Virus record (IMG/VR): IMGVR_UViG_3300037801_000077
Coordinates: 1 to 25,200 of that record
Length of the DNA: 25,200 bases
Reading direction: 5' to 3' (one strand)
From: a virus
Lineage: Duplodnaviria > Caudoviricetes
Shown: piece by piece, positions 1-7,279 of the stretch
How positions within the stretch are numbered: position 1 is the first letter of the stretch
Layout: every line of letters begins with the position of its first letter
The notes under the pieces: generated by a model
What the model was told of the DNA's origin: nothing
What the model saw: only the letters and a program-made list of their open reading frames with translations
The model's database searches: none
Position numbers and translations under genes: made by a program

Positions 1-2
1 AT

Positions 3-428
3 ATGGCTCGTAAAACTAACCCATTCGGCAAAAGCCGAAAAGTCGATAACCCATACGCCACCTATAGAAACAGCGAAGGCTGGGAGTGGCGAGTGCTAAA
101 AGCTTACAACCACCCTGACAATGTCAATCGCAATCACTTAGCCCGTTGGTTTTGTGCCGTGAAGTCACCCATGACGCATGGGACATGGGACATGGGCGAT
201 GTGTATATCAAGGACGTACTAGGCGAAAAGCCTTTTGAAAGACGCAAAAGCGCGTGTGGCAGGCTCAGTGGGTTCACCCCAGAGTGGCAAGCCCACCATA
301 GCCATCACCCGATTGATACAGACTTTACGGTTGATGTAAGTGAGGTCAGCAAGGATGAGGCTGAGGATGTCTCAAGGCTACTCGAAGTCCTGTTTGCCGA
401 ACCAATCTTTGACCAAAAAGCGCACTAA
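3..428 (+). CDS. Hypothetical early phage protein (141 aa)
   Basis: Clean ORF on the coding strand, Trp/aromatic-rich N-terminal domain and acidic tail, followed by a terminator. Upstream context lies outside the window. Confidence 0.75.
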   Translation: MARKTNPFGKSRKVDNPYATYRNSEGWEWRVLKAYNHPDNVNRNHLARWFCAVKSPMTHGTWDMGDVYIKDVLGEKPFERRKSACGRLSGFTPEWQAHHSHHPIDTDFTVDVSEVSKDEAEDVSRLLEVLFAEPIFDQKAH

Positions 429-493
429 TCCCTCCCAAGAAGTGCGTAGCCCCACAGTGGTTTCCCTCCTATCCCACTGTGGGGCATTTTTTT
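421..493 (+). ncRNA. Candidate two-hairpin small RNA with anti-SD (CCUCC) loops
   Basis: Stem CGCACT(421-426)/AGTGCG(441-446) with loop AATCCCTCCCAAGA; stem GCCCCACAGTGG(449-460)/CCACTGTGGGGC(474-485) with loop TTTCCCTCCTATC; then a T run. Confidence 0.45.
449..493 (+). terminator. Rho-independent terminator
   Basis: Perfect 12-bp GC-rich stem (449-460/474-485) followed by A and seven T (487-493). Confidence 0.85.
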
Positions 494-508
494 CGTTACA
501 TTGTAACG
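494..508. promoter_or_regulatory. Palindromic operator-like site 1, CGTTACATTGTAACG
   Basis: Perfect 7-1-7 inverted repeat, intergenic, repeated elsewhere in the window. Confidence 0.8.
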
Positions 509-528
509 ATTATGTAGGACTTACAAAC

Positions 529-1110
529 ATGAATATATTCTATCTTGACAAAACCTCAGAGAAAGCCGCTCTGTATCATTGCGACAAACATGTTCCCAAG
601 ATGATTTTGGAGACAGCCCAGATGCTGTCCACCGCCAAGCGACTGCTATGTCCCTCGCGGGACTATCATGCGTCTCTGGGTTCAGACATTTATCAGGCGG
701 CATATCCTAACCATCCATCGACTAGGTGGGTGCGTGAGTCTATTCACAACTACACATGGGCGTACTGCCTGTACCTTGACCTGTGTACGCAGTATCGCAA
801 CCGTTTCGACAAAATCCATTCAGCAGAGAAGCTACGACCAGAGCTTGGTAAGCTTCCCGACCCCCCTAGTGACCACCCGTTCTACTCGAATCCGTGGTCT
901 GAGCCGCCCTTATGTATGCCTGACCAATACAAGGATGCACCCTCTTGTGTTGAGGCATACCGCGCCTACTACTTCTTCGAGAAGCAATCGTTTGCCTCTT
1001 GGGAACGGTGCGCCAAGGGTATGCCTGCTTGGTTCAAGAGCAGGCTTGAATTGCAACGAGAGGTGCAGAAAGGAGTATTTTCAGGTGAGCAACGTACACA
1101 TACCCTTTAA
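529..1110 (+). CDS. Pyrimidine-dimer DNA glycosylase-like protein (DenV/endonuclease V-related)
   Basis: Start moved to ATG 529 (MNIFYLD; AGGA upstream). Motifs HCDKHVPKMILETAQMLST, NHPSTRW and VEAYRAYY are typical of this phage family. Confidence 0.7.
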   Translation: MNIFYLDKTSEKAALYHCDKHVPKMILETAQMLSTAKRLLCPSRDYHASLGSDIYQAAYPNHPSTRWVRESIHNYTWAYCLYLDLCTQYRNRFDKIHSAEKLRPELGKLPDPPSDHPFYSNPWSEPPLCMPDQYKDAPSCVEAYRAYYFFEKQSFASWERCAKGMPAWFKSRLELQREVQKGVFSGEQRTHTL

Positions 1111-1348
1111 GCCCGAAAAAAATGATGACGGGCGAAACCATGTTCTTAGTCTTTTTGAAGACGAAGAAACTGGGTGTCTCGAAGTGGCGCATATCGTGGA
1201 CGGGAAGATAGAAGGTGAACCATTTGCGTTCACTGGTATCACCACCCTTTTAGAGATAATGCTTGATGCAATGGTCTGCAACTTTGACAGTTTCAGACGA
1301 TTTGAAGTCAAGCTAGAACTTGTAAGCAGTAATGACAATAAGGACTAA
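1085..1348 (+). CDS. Hypothetical acidic protein (87 aa)
   Basis: GTG start at 1085 preceded by AAGGAG. It is the 3' part of track ORF 668..1348 and fills the gap after the previous gene. Confidence 0.65.
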   Translation: MSNVHIPFKPEKNDDGRNHVLSLFEDEETGCLEVAHIVDGKIEGEPFAFTGITTLLEIMLDAMVCNFDSFRRFEVKLELVSSNDNKD

Positions 1349-1356
1349 CAGACACG

Positions 1357-1548
1357 ATGAGTTTATATGTAAAACTACCTTTCTCCCGCGAACTCTTCGT
1401 GGAGAGAACCACAAAGTGCTTTTTTAGCTTAGAGACAACTCAAACAATGTTATATAGAGATATTCAAGCCTGTTTATTCGGGCTACGGATTATCTGGAGC
1501 AAACCAAATGTCGAAAAACGCAGACAGCGAAACCGACTTAGACATTAA
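1357..1548 (+). CDS. Hypothetical protein (63 aa)
   Basis: Fills the gap between neighbours, AGGA upstream, overlaps the next gene by 41 nt. Confidence 0.5.
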   Translation: MSLYVKLPFSRELFVERTTKCFFSLETTQTMLYRDIQACLFGLRIIWSKPNVEKRRQRNRLRH

Positions 1549-1873
1549 ATGTCTACATAAGATTAGTAGTTTACTGAACGAGTTTCGCAAATTAGACAAC
1601 GAAATGCCCATTCAGCAGGTACTAACCTTTCTTTGGGTGGCTTTGAAAGAGGCCGATGGGGTTAACATCAAGGACGTAGCGGATAACCTTGGCATCAGCC
1701 AAGCATCTGCCAGCCGCAATGTTAATGCCTTTATGAAGATAAATCGCTATAGGCGCACGGGTCATGACTTGATTGAAACGCATGAAGACCCAATGCACCG
1801 AAGCCGAAAGCTTTGTAACCTCACCCACAAAGGCACATTGGTAAAGAAAACATTATTGGAGATAATGCAATAA
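1508..1873 (+). CDS. MarR-like winged-helix transcriptional regulator (candidate repressor)
   Basis: HTH NIKDVADNLGISQASASRNV, wing EDPMHRSRKLCNLTHKG, GGAG RBS, directly upstream of the integrase. Confidence 0.85.
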   Translation: MSKNADSETDLDIKCLHKISSLLNEFRKLDNEMPIQQVLTFLWVALKEADGVNIKDVADNLGISQASASRNVNAFMKINRYRRTGHDLIETHEDPMHRSRKLCNLTHKGTLVKKTLLEIMQ

Positions 1874-1874
1874 A

Positions 1875-2852
1875 ATGACAATCGTACAGCGTGGTAATTC
1901 CTACCAAGCTTACGTTGCTCATGCATCCCAGAGACTACGGCGTAGTTTTAGAAGTAAAGCTGAAGCCGTAGCGTGGGAAGCATTGGCACGAGAAGCACTT
2001 GAAAACGATAAGCCCGTACCAAACCCGCCTAAAAACGGTGTTGGAAACGGGTGGACACTTAGAGAAGCATTCAATCGAACCTTCGCCCTTCATTGGGAGG
2101 GTGGTAGGTCTGAGCGAATAATGCTCATCAACATGACCAAGGCGATGGATTTTTTCGGTCGCCAGAAGTTAATCACTGATGTAACCACATCAGATGTGGA
2201 CGATTATATTCTCCACATGAAAGAAGCTGGGCTGTCGGGGGCGACCATCAATCGCCGCTTGGCAGTGCTTAGTAAAACCTTCAGGGTTGCACGAGAGTAC
2301 GATAAATACTCTGGTAACATAGTGTTCCGCCGACAACGTGAGGGTGAACACCGCCTGCGTTGGCTGGATGACGATGAAATCAGTCGTGTTGTAAGCACTG
2401 CTGGCAACCTTGGCTATGCGAACCTACAAGATGCCATCGTTGTGTCACTGGACACTGGGGTGCGTCAGGGTGAGCTAGGGCGTATCAAAGCCCATGACCT
2501 CATATCCGAAGGGCTTATGGTATGGGAAAGCAAGAATGATGTAGCCCGAACAATCCCTCTGACCTCACGTTCCAGAAAAATCATGGAGCGTAGGAAAGAC
2601 CGTGGAAACAATCTGCTGTTCAAAGAGGGATACTCACGCTCTGCGTGGGACAGAACCCGCACCAAGGCAGACCTTGGCGAGGACGTAGTGTGGCACACCC
2701 TGCGCCATACCTTCGCCAGTCGGTTGGTACAAAGAGGGGTGGCTCTTCAGGTCGTTAAGGAACTGATGGGACACAAAACTATGGCTGTGACCATGCGCTA
2801 TGCCAAGCTTGCGCCTCGCAATCTGGCAGACGCAATCTCCATGCTTGAATAA
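1875..2852 (+). CDS. int: Tyrosine recombinase (phage integrase)
   Basis: Catalytic residues in order: R (DTGVRQGE), K (ESKN), H-x-x-R (HTLRHT), H (LMGHK), Y (TMRY). N-terminal arm-binding-like region. Confidence 0.95.
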   Translation: MTIVQRGNSYQAYVAHASQRLRRSFRSKAEAVAWEALAREALENDKPVPNPPKNGVGNGWTLREAFNRTFALHWEGGRSERIMLINMTKAMDFFGRQKLITDVTTSDVDDYILHMKEAGLSGATINRRLAVLSKTFRVAREYDKYSGNIVFRRQREGEHRLRWLDDDEISRVVSTAGNLGYANLQDAIVVSLDTGVRQGELGRIKAHDLISEGLMVWESKNDVARTIPLTSRSRKIMERRKDRGNNLLFKEGYSRSAWDRTRTKADLGEDVVWHTLRHTFASRLVQRGVALQVVKELMGHKTMAVTMRYAKLAPRNLADAISMLE

Positions 2853-2862
2853 TAGCATGATT

Positions 2863-2890
2863 GTGGCGTATATCGTGGCATAGGTGTGGC
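2863..2890 (+). repeat. Three GTGGC direct repeats, putative integrase arm-type sites
   Basis: GTGGC at 2863, 2875 and 2886 (spacing 12 and 11) between the int stop and the tRNA. An inverted copy GCCAC lies at 3108-3112. Confidence 0.5.
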
Positions 2891-2977
2891 GAGCGTGGTG
2901 GAACTGGTAGACACAAGGGACTTAAAATCCCTCGCTATTTCAATGGCTTGCGGGTTCGACTCCCGCCGCTCGCACCA
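2889..2977 (+). tRNA. tRNA-Leu (anticodon UAA), probable attP core region
   Basis: Acceptor stem GCGAGCG/CGCTCGC plus ACCA, D loop GGAACTGGTAGAC, anticodon arm AGGGA-CTTAAAA-TCCCT, long variable arm, T arm GCGGG-TTCGACT-CCCGC. Confidence 0.95.
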
Positions 2978-3042
2978 CCCTTAAAAACTAAAGTCCAACC
3001 AATACCAGACTGCATATTCCCGAAACACTAGACAAATCAAAC

Positions 3043-3057
3043 CGTTACATTGTAACG
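3043..3057. promoter_or_regulatory. Palindromic operator-like site 2, CGTTACATTGTAACG
   Basis: Exact copy, located between the tRNA and the RNA polymerase unit. Confidence 0.8.
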
Positions 3058-3076
3058 CTTTTTAACGACAACACAT

Positions 3077-3105
3077 ATGCCGAAGCGTAAGACTTACACT
3101 ATGAT
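3077..3105 (+). promoter_or_regulatory. Possible host sigma70-type promoter
   Basis: ATGCCG-17 nt-TATGAT. The -10 matches 5/6 and the -35 is weak. Confidence 0.25.
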
Positions 3106-3116
3106 GTGCCACATAA

Positions 3117-3132
3117 TGGACACTATAGATGT
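3117..3132 (+). promoter_or_regulatory. Putative phage RNA polymerase promoter TGGACACTATAGATGT
   Basis: Contains GACACTATAGA, as in the SP6 promoter core; 15/16 identical to 5797-5812. Confidence 0.65.
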
Positions 3133-3176
3133 ATTAGGAAACGTAGGTAGTAGTACCCTAAAGGAAACCTATAGAG

Positions 3177-3350
3177 ATGGCTGTTAAGTACATCCTGATT
3201 GTATTCCTAGAAATGCAGAACGGCCTTCACCCTGTTGAAGCACAACTGGACATGTCTGCATATGAATGCATGAGAACTGCTCTCAAGATAAACACTGAAA
3301 GCACAACTGGCAGAATGGCGGTGTGTATGCCGCTTGCCAAAGGAGACTAG
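3177..3350 (+). CDS. Small hypothetical protein (57 aa), not in the ORF track
   Basis: MAVKYILIVFLEMQNGLHPVEAQLDMSAYECMRTALKINTESTTGRMAVCMPLAKGD; AAGGA upstream; the TAG abuts the RNAP ATG. Confidence 0.65.
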   Translation: MAVKYILIVFLEMQNGLHPVEAQLDMSAYECMRTALKINTESTTGRMAVCMPLAKGD

Positions 3351-5768
3351 ATGAAACTCATTGAACAACAATTCGAGTTAGAAAGTGAGATGCGCTCTAC
3401 AGGCGTAGAATACTATAAATCTCAAGTAGCCAAAGCTGTCGCCAGCGGAGGCGAAAGCAACACGCTGTATGGCATTCTTGCCATGAAACAAAGCGTAGAT
3501 GCCGTTACAGAAGCCATCAGGGTGTTCCTCGATGACAGCTTCAACGGAAAACCAAGTCGTGGAGCGTCTTCGGCATATTTGCTCAAGATGCTAGACGAAG
3601 AGGTAGCCGCTTATCTTGGCCTCAAGTTTGTGATGGATGGTATTAGCCACCAGCACTCTCTGACCAAAGTCGCAATGAAGATTGCTGGAGCTTTAGAAGA
3701 CGAGTTTAAGTTTGGCTGTTTCAAGGAACAAGAACCGAAGTGGTTCAACAAGATTGCTCGTGATGTAAACAAGCGAACATCTAATCGCTTGTACCGCCGC
3801 TATGCCATCATCCATACGATGAACAAGAAAGCTCTTATCGAATACGAGCCGTGGACAAAGCAGGAGAAGATGCACTTGGGTTGCAAGGTAATCGACCTGA
3901 TTATCCAATCTACTGGCATCTGTAAGCTCGTCACGCACACTTACGGGCGTAACCGTAGAATGCTCCATGTCACAGCTACCGATGAAACGATGGACTGGGT
4001 GAGCCGTGTGAACAAGCGCAGTGAGGCTTTGTCGCCTCGCTTCATGCCTTGTGTCATCCAACCGCGTCCGTGGTCATCCCCATTCTCTGGTGGATACCAC
4101 AGCAATCACATCCACCCGCTTCCGCTGGTCAAGACGACCAACAAGCGTTATTTCGATGAGCTTGAGTTCCATGAGATGCCAGAGGAATATGATGCTACCA
4201 ACGCATTGCAGAACACGGGCTGGCGGGTGAACCAGTGGGTGCTGGATGTTATGCAACAGTGCTGGGAGTCTGGTGAGGACTGGGGCGGTCTACCAGCCCG
4301 TAATCCGTTCCCGTTACCACCGTCACCCTTTCCCAACGTCAAGAAGTCGGATATGGACGAAGCCCAGCTTGGTCGTTTCGTTCAATGGAAACATGCGGCC
4401 TCTCGTGTCCATCAGGCAAATGCGCGTATGACCAGCAAGCGGATGCAACTGGTGCGGACGATGAACATGGCTGAAAAGTTCAGTGAGTTTGAGAAGTTCT
4501 TCTTTGTGTACCAAATGGATTTCCGTGGTCGTAAGTATGTGACCAGCAGTTTCCTATCGCCCCAAGGCCCAGACTATGCTCGTGCGTTATTGGAGTTTGG
4601 TGAGGGGAAACCGTTGGGCGACAGAGGCCGCTACTGGCTGGCTGTCCACGGGGCAAATGTGTTTGGCTATGACAAAGTCTCATTCGATGACCGCGTGGCG
4701 TGGGTCGAAGAGAACGAAGAAAACATATTGGCCTACGCCCGTGACCCATTTGAGGCGCGGGAGTGGACTAACGCTGACAAGCCTTGGTGCTTCCTAGCGT
4801 TCTGTCACGAATGGAAGCGGTGTGTGGTCGATGGTGGGGTCAGCTACCTGCCTGTGTCCCTTGATGGCTCTAATAACGGTCTACAGCATCTCTCAGCCAT
4901 GCTTCGGGATACCCGTGGTGCGCTTGCAACGAACCTGCGAAACTCAGATGTGCCGCAGGACATCTACCAAGACGTAGCTGATGCTGTGATTGACATGCTG
5001 AAGCGTGAGGATGACCCGATGGCTCGTCAGTGGTTGGACTTTGGTGTCAACCGCAAGACAACCAAGCGGCCTGTGATGGTCGTACCATACGGGGGACAGT
5101 TGTACTCGACCCGCCAGTATATTGAGGATTACATTCAAGAGCGTATTGAACTGGGTCATACCAACCCGTGGGGTGATGACCTGTTCGAGCCTAGCCGATA
5201 CCTGTCGGAGTTCGTTTGGCAAGCCATTGGCGGTGTCATTCAGTCGGCGCGTCAAGTGATGGACTGGCTACAGGAAGTAAGCTATCTTGTGTCCAGTGAG
5301 AATATCCCGCTGATTTGGGAAACCCCGACTGGGTTTCTGGTACACCAGATGTATCCAGAGATGCGCTCTCGCCGTATCACAACCACAATCGACAACACGC
5401 TCATCAAGCCTAGCTTGCGTGAGCCAAACCACCAGAAGACTGACCGAAGACGGGCAGTTAATGGAAGCAGTCCAAACTTCGTGCATTCGATGGATTCGTC
5501 AGCAATGACGAAAACAATCAATCGGTGCGTGAAGCTGGGCATCAAAGACTTTGCGATGATTCACGACAGCTACGGCACTCACGCTTGTGATACCGATGCG
5601 CTGTTCGCGGCGACTCGCGAAGCCTTTGTGGAGTTGTATCGTGACAACGATGTTTTAGAACAATTCCAAAAAGCGGCGGGAGAGGTGCTTGAAGAAGTAC
5701 CCACACCACCGCAGAGGGGCGACTTCAGTATTGAAGAAGTCCTAATGAGCGATTACTTTTTCGCTTAG
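3351..5768 (+). CDS. T7-like single-subunit DNA-directed RNA polymerase (gp1)
   Basis: Motifs DFRGRKY, LDGSNNGLQH (A), RKTTKRPVMVVPYG (B), PNFVHSMD, IHDS (C); AAGGAG RBS. Confidence 0.97.
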   Translation: MKLIEQQFELESEMRSTGVEYYKSQVAKAVASGGESNTLYGILAMKQSVDAVTEAIRVFLDDSFNGKPSRGASSAYLLKMLDEEVAAYLGLKFVMDGISHQHSLTKVAMKIAGALEDEFKFGCFKEQEPKWFNKIARDVNKRTSNRLYRRYAIIHTMNKKALIEYEPWTKQEKMHLGCKVIDLIIQSTGICKLVTHTYGRNRRMLHVTATDETMDWVSRVNKRSEALSPRFMPCVIQPRPWSSPFSGGYHSNHIHPLPLVKTTNKRYFDELEFHEMPEEYDATNALQNTGWRVNQWVLDVMQQCWESGEDWGGLPARNPFPLPPSPFPNVKKSDMDEAQLGRFVQWKHAASRVHQANARMTSKRMQLVRTMNMAEKFSEFEKFFFVYQMDFRGRKYVTSSFLSPQGPDYARALLEFGEGKPLGDRGRYWLAVHGANVFGYDKVSFDDRVAWVEENEENILAYARDPFEAREWTNADKPWCFLAFCHEWKRCVVDGGVSYLPVSLDGSNNGLQHLSAMLRDTRGALATNLRNSDVPQDIYQDVADAVIDMLKREDDPMARQWLDFGVNRKTTKRPVMVVPYGGQLYSTRQYIEDYIQERIELGHTNPWGDDLFEPSRYLSEFVWQAIGGVIQSARQVMDWLQEVSYLVSSENIPLIWETPTGFLVHQMYPEMRSRRITTTIDNTLIKPSLREPNHQKTDRRRAVNGSSPNFVHSMDSSAMTKTINRCVKLGIKDFAMIHDSYGTHACDTDALFAATREAFVELYRDNDVLEQFQKAAGEVLEEVPTPPQRGDFSIEEVLMSDYFFA

Positions 5769-5796
5769 TTATCCACTTTGGTAATATTCACCTTTG

Positions 5797-5812
5797 TGGA
5801 CATTATAGATGT
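5797..5812 (+). promoter_or_regulatory. Putative phage RNA polymerase promoter TGGACATTATAGATGT
   Basis: Near-identical to 3117-3132 and just downstream of gene 1, where T7-like phages have their first phage promoters. Confidence 0.65.
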
Positions 5813-5819
5813 CATGAAC

Positions 5820-5834
5820 CGTTACATTGTAACG
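5820..5834. promoter_or_regulatory. Palindromic operator-like site 3, CGTTACATTGTAACG
   Basis: Exact copy, 7 bp downstream of the promoter motif and ahead of the SSB gene. Confidence 0.8.
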
Positions 5835-5861
5835 ATTGTCGAGATGGAGAAAAAAAGACAA

Positions 5862-6488
5862 ATGGCTAACACAGTAACTACGCCTCTAGGCACGGCTTAT
5901 TATGCCTACATCTTCACACCTGATACGAAATTTGACGAGAACGGTGTGTACCAAGTGAACCTTCGTATGTCGAAGTCAGATGCCAAACCCTTGGTCAAGG
6001 TCATCGACAACACCATCGAAGAAACGATGGAGTCCTCTACATCCAAGAAGAAAAAGCTTGCACCCAAGCCTTACTTCAAAGCCACGGATGCGGAAGGCAA
6101 TGAGACTGGCGAGATTGAGTTCAAGTTCAAGCAGAAGGCAGTCATAAAAACCAAGAAGGGTGACATGAAAATGCAACCCAAGGTTTTCGATAGCAAAGGC
6201 AAGCCGCTTGTCGAGCAGATGCTCGTAGGCAATGGCTCACGCATCAAGATTGCATTCGAGCCTTATGGTTACGATGTCCCCAGCATTGGTGTTGGAGCAT
6301 CTCTACGCCTGAAGGCTGTCCAGATTGTTGACCTTGTAAACGCAGAAGTCGGTGGATTCGGCTTCGGTGAAGAGGACGGCAACTTCGTTGTTGAAGCAAA
6401 CAATAATAATGACAACACGGATGAGAGCGATGACGAAGAAGAAGACATCTTCGCCGAAGAAAACGAAGAATCAGACGGCGACTATTAA
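5862..6488 (+). CDS. Single-stranded DNA-binding protein (gp2.5-like)
   Basis: Start at ATG 5862 (GGAG upstream). Motifs TTPLGTAYYAY..PDTKF, GNGSRIK, GASLRLKAVQI; acidic tail ending in an aromatic residue. Confidence 0.92.
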   Translation: MANTVTTPLGTAYYAYIFTPDTKFDENGVYQVNLRMSKSDAKPLVKVIDNTIEETMESSTSKKKKLAPKPYFKATDAEGNETGEIEFKFKQKAVIKTKKGDMKMQPKVFDSKGKPLVEQMLVGNGSRIKIAFEPYGYDVPSIGVGASLRLKAVQIVDLVNAEVGGFGFGEEDGNFVVEANNNNDNTDESDDEEEDIFAEENEESDGDY

Positions 6489-6849
6489 GTTCCGTTCTAA
6501 ATTTGAGGAAACGGTAGCAGAAGCTCTGGGTGAATGTTGTCCCGACTACGAGTACGAAACATTGCGTATCCCGTATGTCGTGGAGCGAAACTACAACCCA
6601 GACTTCATACTTCCCAGCGGTATCATCATTGAAGCTAAAGGTTATTTCAAATCTGCTGACCAACGGAAACACAAGCTCATCAAAAAACAGCATCCCGACA
6701 AAGACATTCGGTTCGTGTTTCAGAAAGCTAGTGTCCGTGTTCAAGGAAGCAAACTCACTTGCGCCGAATGGTGTGAGCGATACGGCTTCCTGTATGCAGA
6801 AGGAAAAGTCCCCGAAGAATGGGCTAAGGAGAAAAACCAAAATGGCTAA
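6430..6849 (+). CDS. Endonuclease I / Holliday junction resolvase (gp3-like)
   Basis: FRSKFE, YNPDFILP, IIEAKG, DIRFVF, WCERYGF. Start uncertain (6421 or 6430). Confidence 0.92.
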   Translation: MTKKKTSSPKKTKNQTATIKFRSKFEETVAEALGECCPDYEYETLRIPYVVERNYNPDFILPSGIIIEAKGYFKSADQRKHKLIKKQHPDKDIRFVFQKASVRVQGSKLTCAEWCERYGFLYAEGKVPEEWAKEKNQNG

Positions 6850-7279
6850 AAGAAAAGATACTGATTACATCATCATTCACTGCTCTGCCACACCCCCGTC
6901 TATGGATGTGGGTGCGAAGGAGATTGATAAATGGCATCGCCAGCGTGGCTGGAGAAAAATCGGATACCACTTTGTCATCACCCGCGATGGAGACATTCAG
7001 CAGGGCAGAGAGCTAGACGAGATTGGCGCACATTGTCGTGGACTCAACTCCACGAGCGTGGGTGTCTGTCTCGTTGGTGGTGTTAATGCGGAAGGCGAAC
7101 CCGAAAGTAATTTTACCGATAAACAGTGGGCAAGCCTCGAAGAGTGCATCAAAGACTTACTACTCCCGTACTCCCATGCGGAAGTCACAGGTCACAACAA
7201 ACACTCGTCAAAAGCTTGTCCCTCATTTGATGTGGAAGAATGGTGGAAAGAAACGATAGCGAGTTCGTTCAGCATGTAG
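6842..7279 (+). CDS. N-acetylmuramoyl-L-alanine amidase (T7 lysozyme, gp3.5-like)
   Basis: Start at ATG 6842 with AAGGAG. Motifs IIHCSAT, IGYHFVI, GAHC, GH..KACPSF (zinc ligands). Confidence 0.93.
   Translation: MAKRKDTDYIIIHCSATPPSMDVGAKEIDKWHRQRGWRKIGYHFVITRDGDIQQGRELDEIGAHCRGLNSTSVGVCLVGGVNAEGEPESNFTDKQWASLEECIKDLLLPYSHAEVTGHNKHSSKACPSFDVEEWWKETIASSFSM

Noticed and set aside
340-528. 5' extension of the glycosylase ORF (also the extensions at 5778, 6530, 10835, 14529 and 18943)
   Set aside because: They cross terminators, operators or upstream genes. Downstream starts have better RBS context and family-typical N-termini.
2915-2935. Group I intron in tRNA-Leu(UAA)
   Set aside because: The anticodon loop CTTAAAA is uninterrupted.
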